This document shows positions 28,113-30,183 of a stretch of 30,183 bases of DNA, piece after piece. Position numbers and translations under genes: made by a program. Under the pieces are notes generated by a model that was not told where the DNA came from, ran no database searches, and was given only the letters and a program-made list of their open reading frames with translations. Location: IMG/VR virus record IMGVR_UViG_3300032330_000609, positions 1 through 30,183 of that record; one strand, given 5' to 3'. The first letter of the stretch is position 1. Each line of letters begins with the position of its first letter. Origin of the DNA: a virus (Duplodnaviria > Caudoviricetes).

Positions 28113-28154
28113 ATGTAATACAATCAAACAATTCAATAAAGGAGAAACGATAAT

Positions 28155-29231
28155 ATGTGTTCAATTGGTGGCTTTTCATTATCAACAAACAGCCGTATCA
28201 ACCCGCGCAAGTTGGCTAACGCACTACTAACCGAAATGGATGTGCGCGGTAATCAGGCTTCGGGCTATGCATGGCAGTCAAGCACAGGTTCAGGTGTCTA
28301 CAAAAAAGACACTTCGGGCGCTCGTCTCTCCATGAAGCAGATGTCAAAAGGCACACGCCTAGCCGTTCTACACACTCGTTATGCAACGCATGGCACAATT
28401 CGCGACATGGCTAACAATCACCCTGTTCTATCACCGGACAAGTCTGTTGCACTCGTTCACAACGGCGTTATCTACAACCACGATCGAGTTCGTAGCGAGA
28501 TGTCTATCGGCTCGATTCTGCCAGAAGTAGATACCGCAGTTATCCCTGCACTCTTGCAGGAGTTCGACCGCGACACCGACAAGTTCGACATGCTAGACGG
28601 AGACGCTTCGGTTGCATGGCTAGACGACAACGACCGACTAGTTATGAAACTCGCTCGTATCTCGCACTCGCCATTGTGTATCGCACAACTTGCAGACGGC
28701 TCATTCGTATTCGCTTCGACCGAGAGCATTCTTTGGAATGCACTCAAAGTTGCAGGTCTCGCACCGGTCTACATGGAGAATGTGCCAGAGCGCGTTCTCA
28801 TGACGATTCGAGACGGCGTTCTTGCCGATGTCGAAGCATTACCAGAACTCGACAAGAAGTATGAGAACGACTGGACTTCTTACTACTCGAAGTCAAGTTA
28901 TCGCGGTATGACTGCCGGTGGCAAAGGCGTAAGCATTTACACCAGCGAGCCTAACGCGAGTATCTTTGGCGATGTAGAAGATACCGAGATGATCGAGTTC
29001 CCAGAAGTAGACGGCATGATTCCAAACGAGTTTGGCGAATACTTTGACGAAGCGGGTATCTACATGGGTAGCGTTGACGACTTGATTGAGACCGGCTATC
29101 TCTACTATGACGAAGTGTATGGCAAGTATGAGAAAACCGGTAAGTTCAACGAGCAAATCGACTTCTGCTACGCGCAAAAGCCGAAGGTAAAATTTAGCGA
29201 CATGTGGGGAGATGTTAGTGAACTTTTCTAA
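28155..29231 (+). CDS. Class II (Ntn) glutamine amidotransferase with an acidic C-terminal extension
   Basis: Cys at position 2 (MCSIGG); RGNQASG, HTRYATHG, NNHP, HNGVIYN and VDT motifs. Confidence 0.92.
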   Translation: MCSIGGFSLSTNSRINPRKLANALLTEMDVRGNQASGYAWQSSTGSGVYKKDTSGARLSMKQMSKGTRLAVLHTRYATHGTIRDMANNHPVLSPDKSVALVHNGVIYNHDRVRSEMSIGSILPEVDTAVIPALLQEFDRDTDKFDMLDGDASVAWLDDNDRLVMKLARISHSPLCIAQLADGSFVFASTESILWNALKVAGLAPVYMENVPERVLMTIRDGVLADVEALPELDKKYENDWTSYYSKSSYRGMTAGGKGVSIYTSEPNASIFGDVEDTEMIEFPEVDGMIPNEFGEYFDEAGIYMGSVDDLIETGYLYYDEVYGKYEKTGKFNEQIDFCYAQKPKVKFSDMWGDVSELF

Positions 29232-29245
29232 AAACATCTCTCACC

Positions 29246-29293
29246 ATTAGTTATTTATATAAATATTATAATAATAAATAATATATATAAATA
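29246..29293. other. Almost pure A/T tract (possible DNA unwinding element)
   Basis: ATTAGTTATTTATATAAATATTATAATAATAAATAATATATATAAATA. Confidence 0.7.
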
Positions 29294-29319
29294 CCCTGTA
29301 CCCCAGACCGCACCATTTT

Positions 29320-29533
29320 GAATCGAATATGGTCAACAAAACCCGATTTTCGACCATATTTGATTCACCCAAGAACCCCAATCACCAAAAAAAACTAAAC
29401 AATTTTGCAAAACATCAACATTTTGTCAAACAAGTTGTGTAGGATGTAAATAGCAAAACAAGTTTCATCGCAAAATCTGCTTGACATATTTGATTCACGA
29501 ATCGAATATGGTAAGCACCGAATCGAATATGGT
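29320..29533. repeat. Five copies of 14-bp GAATCRAATATGKY (operators or iterons)
   Basis: Plus strand at 29320, 29499 and 29520; minus strand at 29353-29366 and 29483-29496. Confidence 0.88.
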
Positions 29534-29549
29534 AAAAGGAGAAAACGCC

Positions 29550-29720
29550 ATGAGTAAGTCAGCAAGATCACTATTCAAAATCAAGACCACGCTCGCGATG
29601 TTGTCAATGCAGTCAAGCGTTGATTACTATCTGCTAGCAGACGATAGCGCGATTCGCGATTACTACGAGAATGGCGCAGACTTCGATACCATTTTGAACT
29701 ATGTCAATGAGAACTACTAA
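29550..29720 (+). CDS. Hypothetical protein (56 aa; probable start ATG 29550)
   Basis: AAGGAG RBS 8 nt before the ATG; the upstream extension in the ORF track only translates the repeat motifs. Confidence 0.75.
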   Translation: MSKSARSLFKIKTTLAMLSMQSSVDYYLLADDSAIRDYYENGADFDTILNYVNENY

Positions 29721-29733
29721 GGAGAACAGCAAC

Positions 29734-30012
29734 ATGCCACCACTAGAAGCCGATGTAATCGCAAACAAAATTAGCAACGACATTGCAAGCGCAGAAGCGC
29801 GCATTGCAGACTACGCCGGAAACCTAAGCCGTTGGTTCGGCAAAGACCGCGAGTTGACCGACATCGTAAACCCAAACATGCCGTTCGAATCGCAGTATGT
29901 AAAAGCCATGCTCGACAAGATGAATGGCGAGTATCGCAACCTGCTACAACTACAAGCACAACTCACCGAGTTCCAGATGAACTCAACTGAAAAGGAGACT
30001 GCAAATGTCTAA
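29734..30012 (+). CDS. Hypothetical helical protein (92 aa; probable start ATG 29734)
   Basis: AAGGAG RBS overlapping the previous stop codon. Confidence 0.75.
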   Translation: MPPLEADVIANKISNDIASAEARIADYAGNLSRWFGKDRELTDIVNPNMPFESQYVKAMLDKMNGEYRNLLQLQAQLTEFQMNSTEKETANV

Positions 30013-30183
30013 CATCGAAAACAATGACATCCACTACGAAGTAGTTATCGAGACTACGACCAAGCACCGCGTTTATGTCTACGCGCCAGACCGCGAGACC
30101 GCGCAGATTCAGGCATGCTCGGCAGTATTGCGAACATTCCATGAAGAAGAAGCGCCAACCGGCAAAGTATGGTCGCACCAGAC
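30005..30183 (+). CDS. Hypothetical protein, truncated by the window edge (MSNIENNDIHYEVVIETTTKHRVYVYA...)
   Basis: AAGGAG RBS, ATG at 30005, frame open to the end of the window. Confidence 0.7.
   Translation, partial: MSNIENNDIHYEVVIETTTKHRVYVYAPDRETAQIQACSAVLRTFHEEEAPTGKVWSHQ

Noticed and set aside
29481-29549. N-terminal extension of the 29481..29720 ORF with ESNMV repeats
   Set aside because: It is the translation of the DNA repeat motif; the RBS points to ATG 29550.

Overview
A 30 kb piece of a tailed dsDNA phage (siphovirus-type), most likely infecting an actinobacterium. The host is inferred from leaderless genes, extended -10 promoters, IdeR/DtxR- and MprA-like boxes and the virion gene families. 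The minus strand (about 120-26040) carries the full late module, read right to left: a tRNA-like element and tRNA-Trp, a probable terminase small subunit, an HExxH peptidase, terminase large subunit, portal, protease/scaffold, capsid cement, major capsid, a block of collagen/Mtd_N fibre genes, head-tail connectors, an internally duplicated major tail protein, frameshifted tail chaperones, tape measure, minor tail proteins and an M23-LysM endolysin/holin cassette. To its right, a small membrane protein and an amidoligase (minus strand) face away from a class II glutamine amidotransferase and small early genes (plus strand). Two things stand out. (1) A stand-alone ~70-nt late small RNA after the capsid gene displays an anti-Shine-Dalgarno loop complementary to the AAGGAGA RBS shared by all four plus-strand genes. 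(2) The ~830-bp intergenic region between the divergent units is packed with apparent host transcription-factor sites and repeat arrays. All calls come from reading the sequence; no searches were run.
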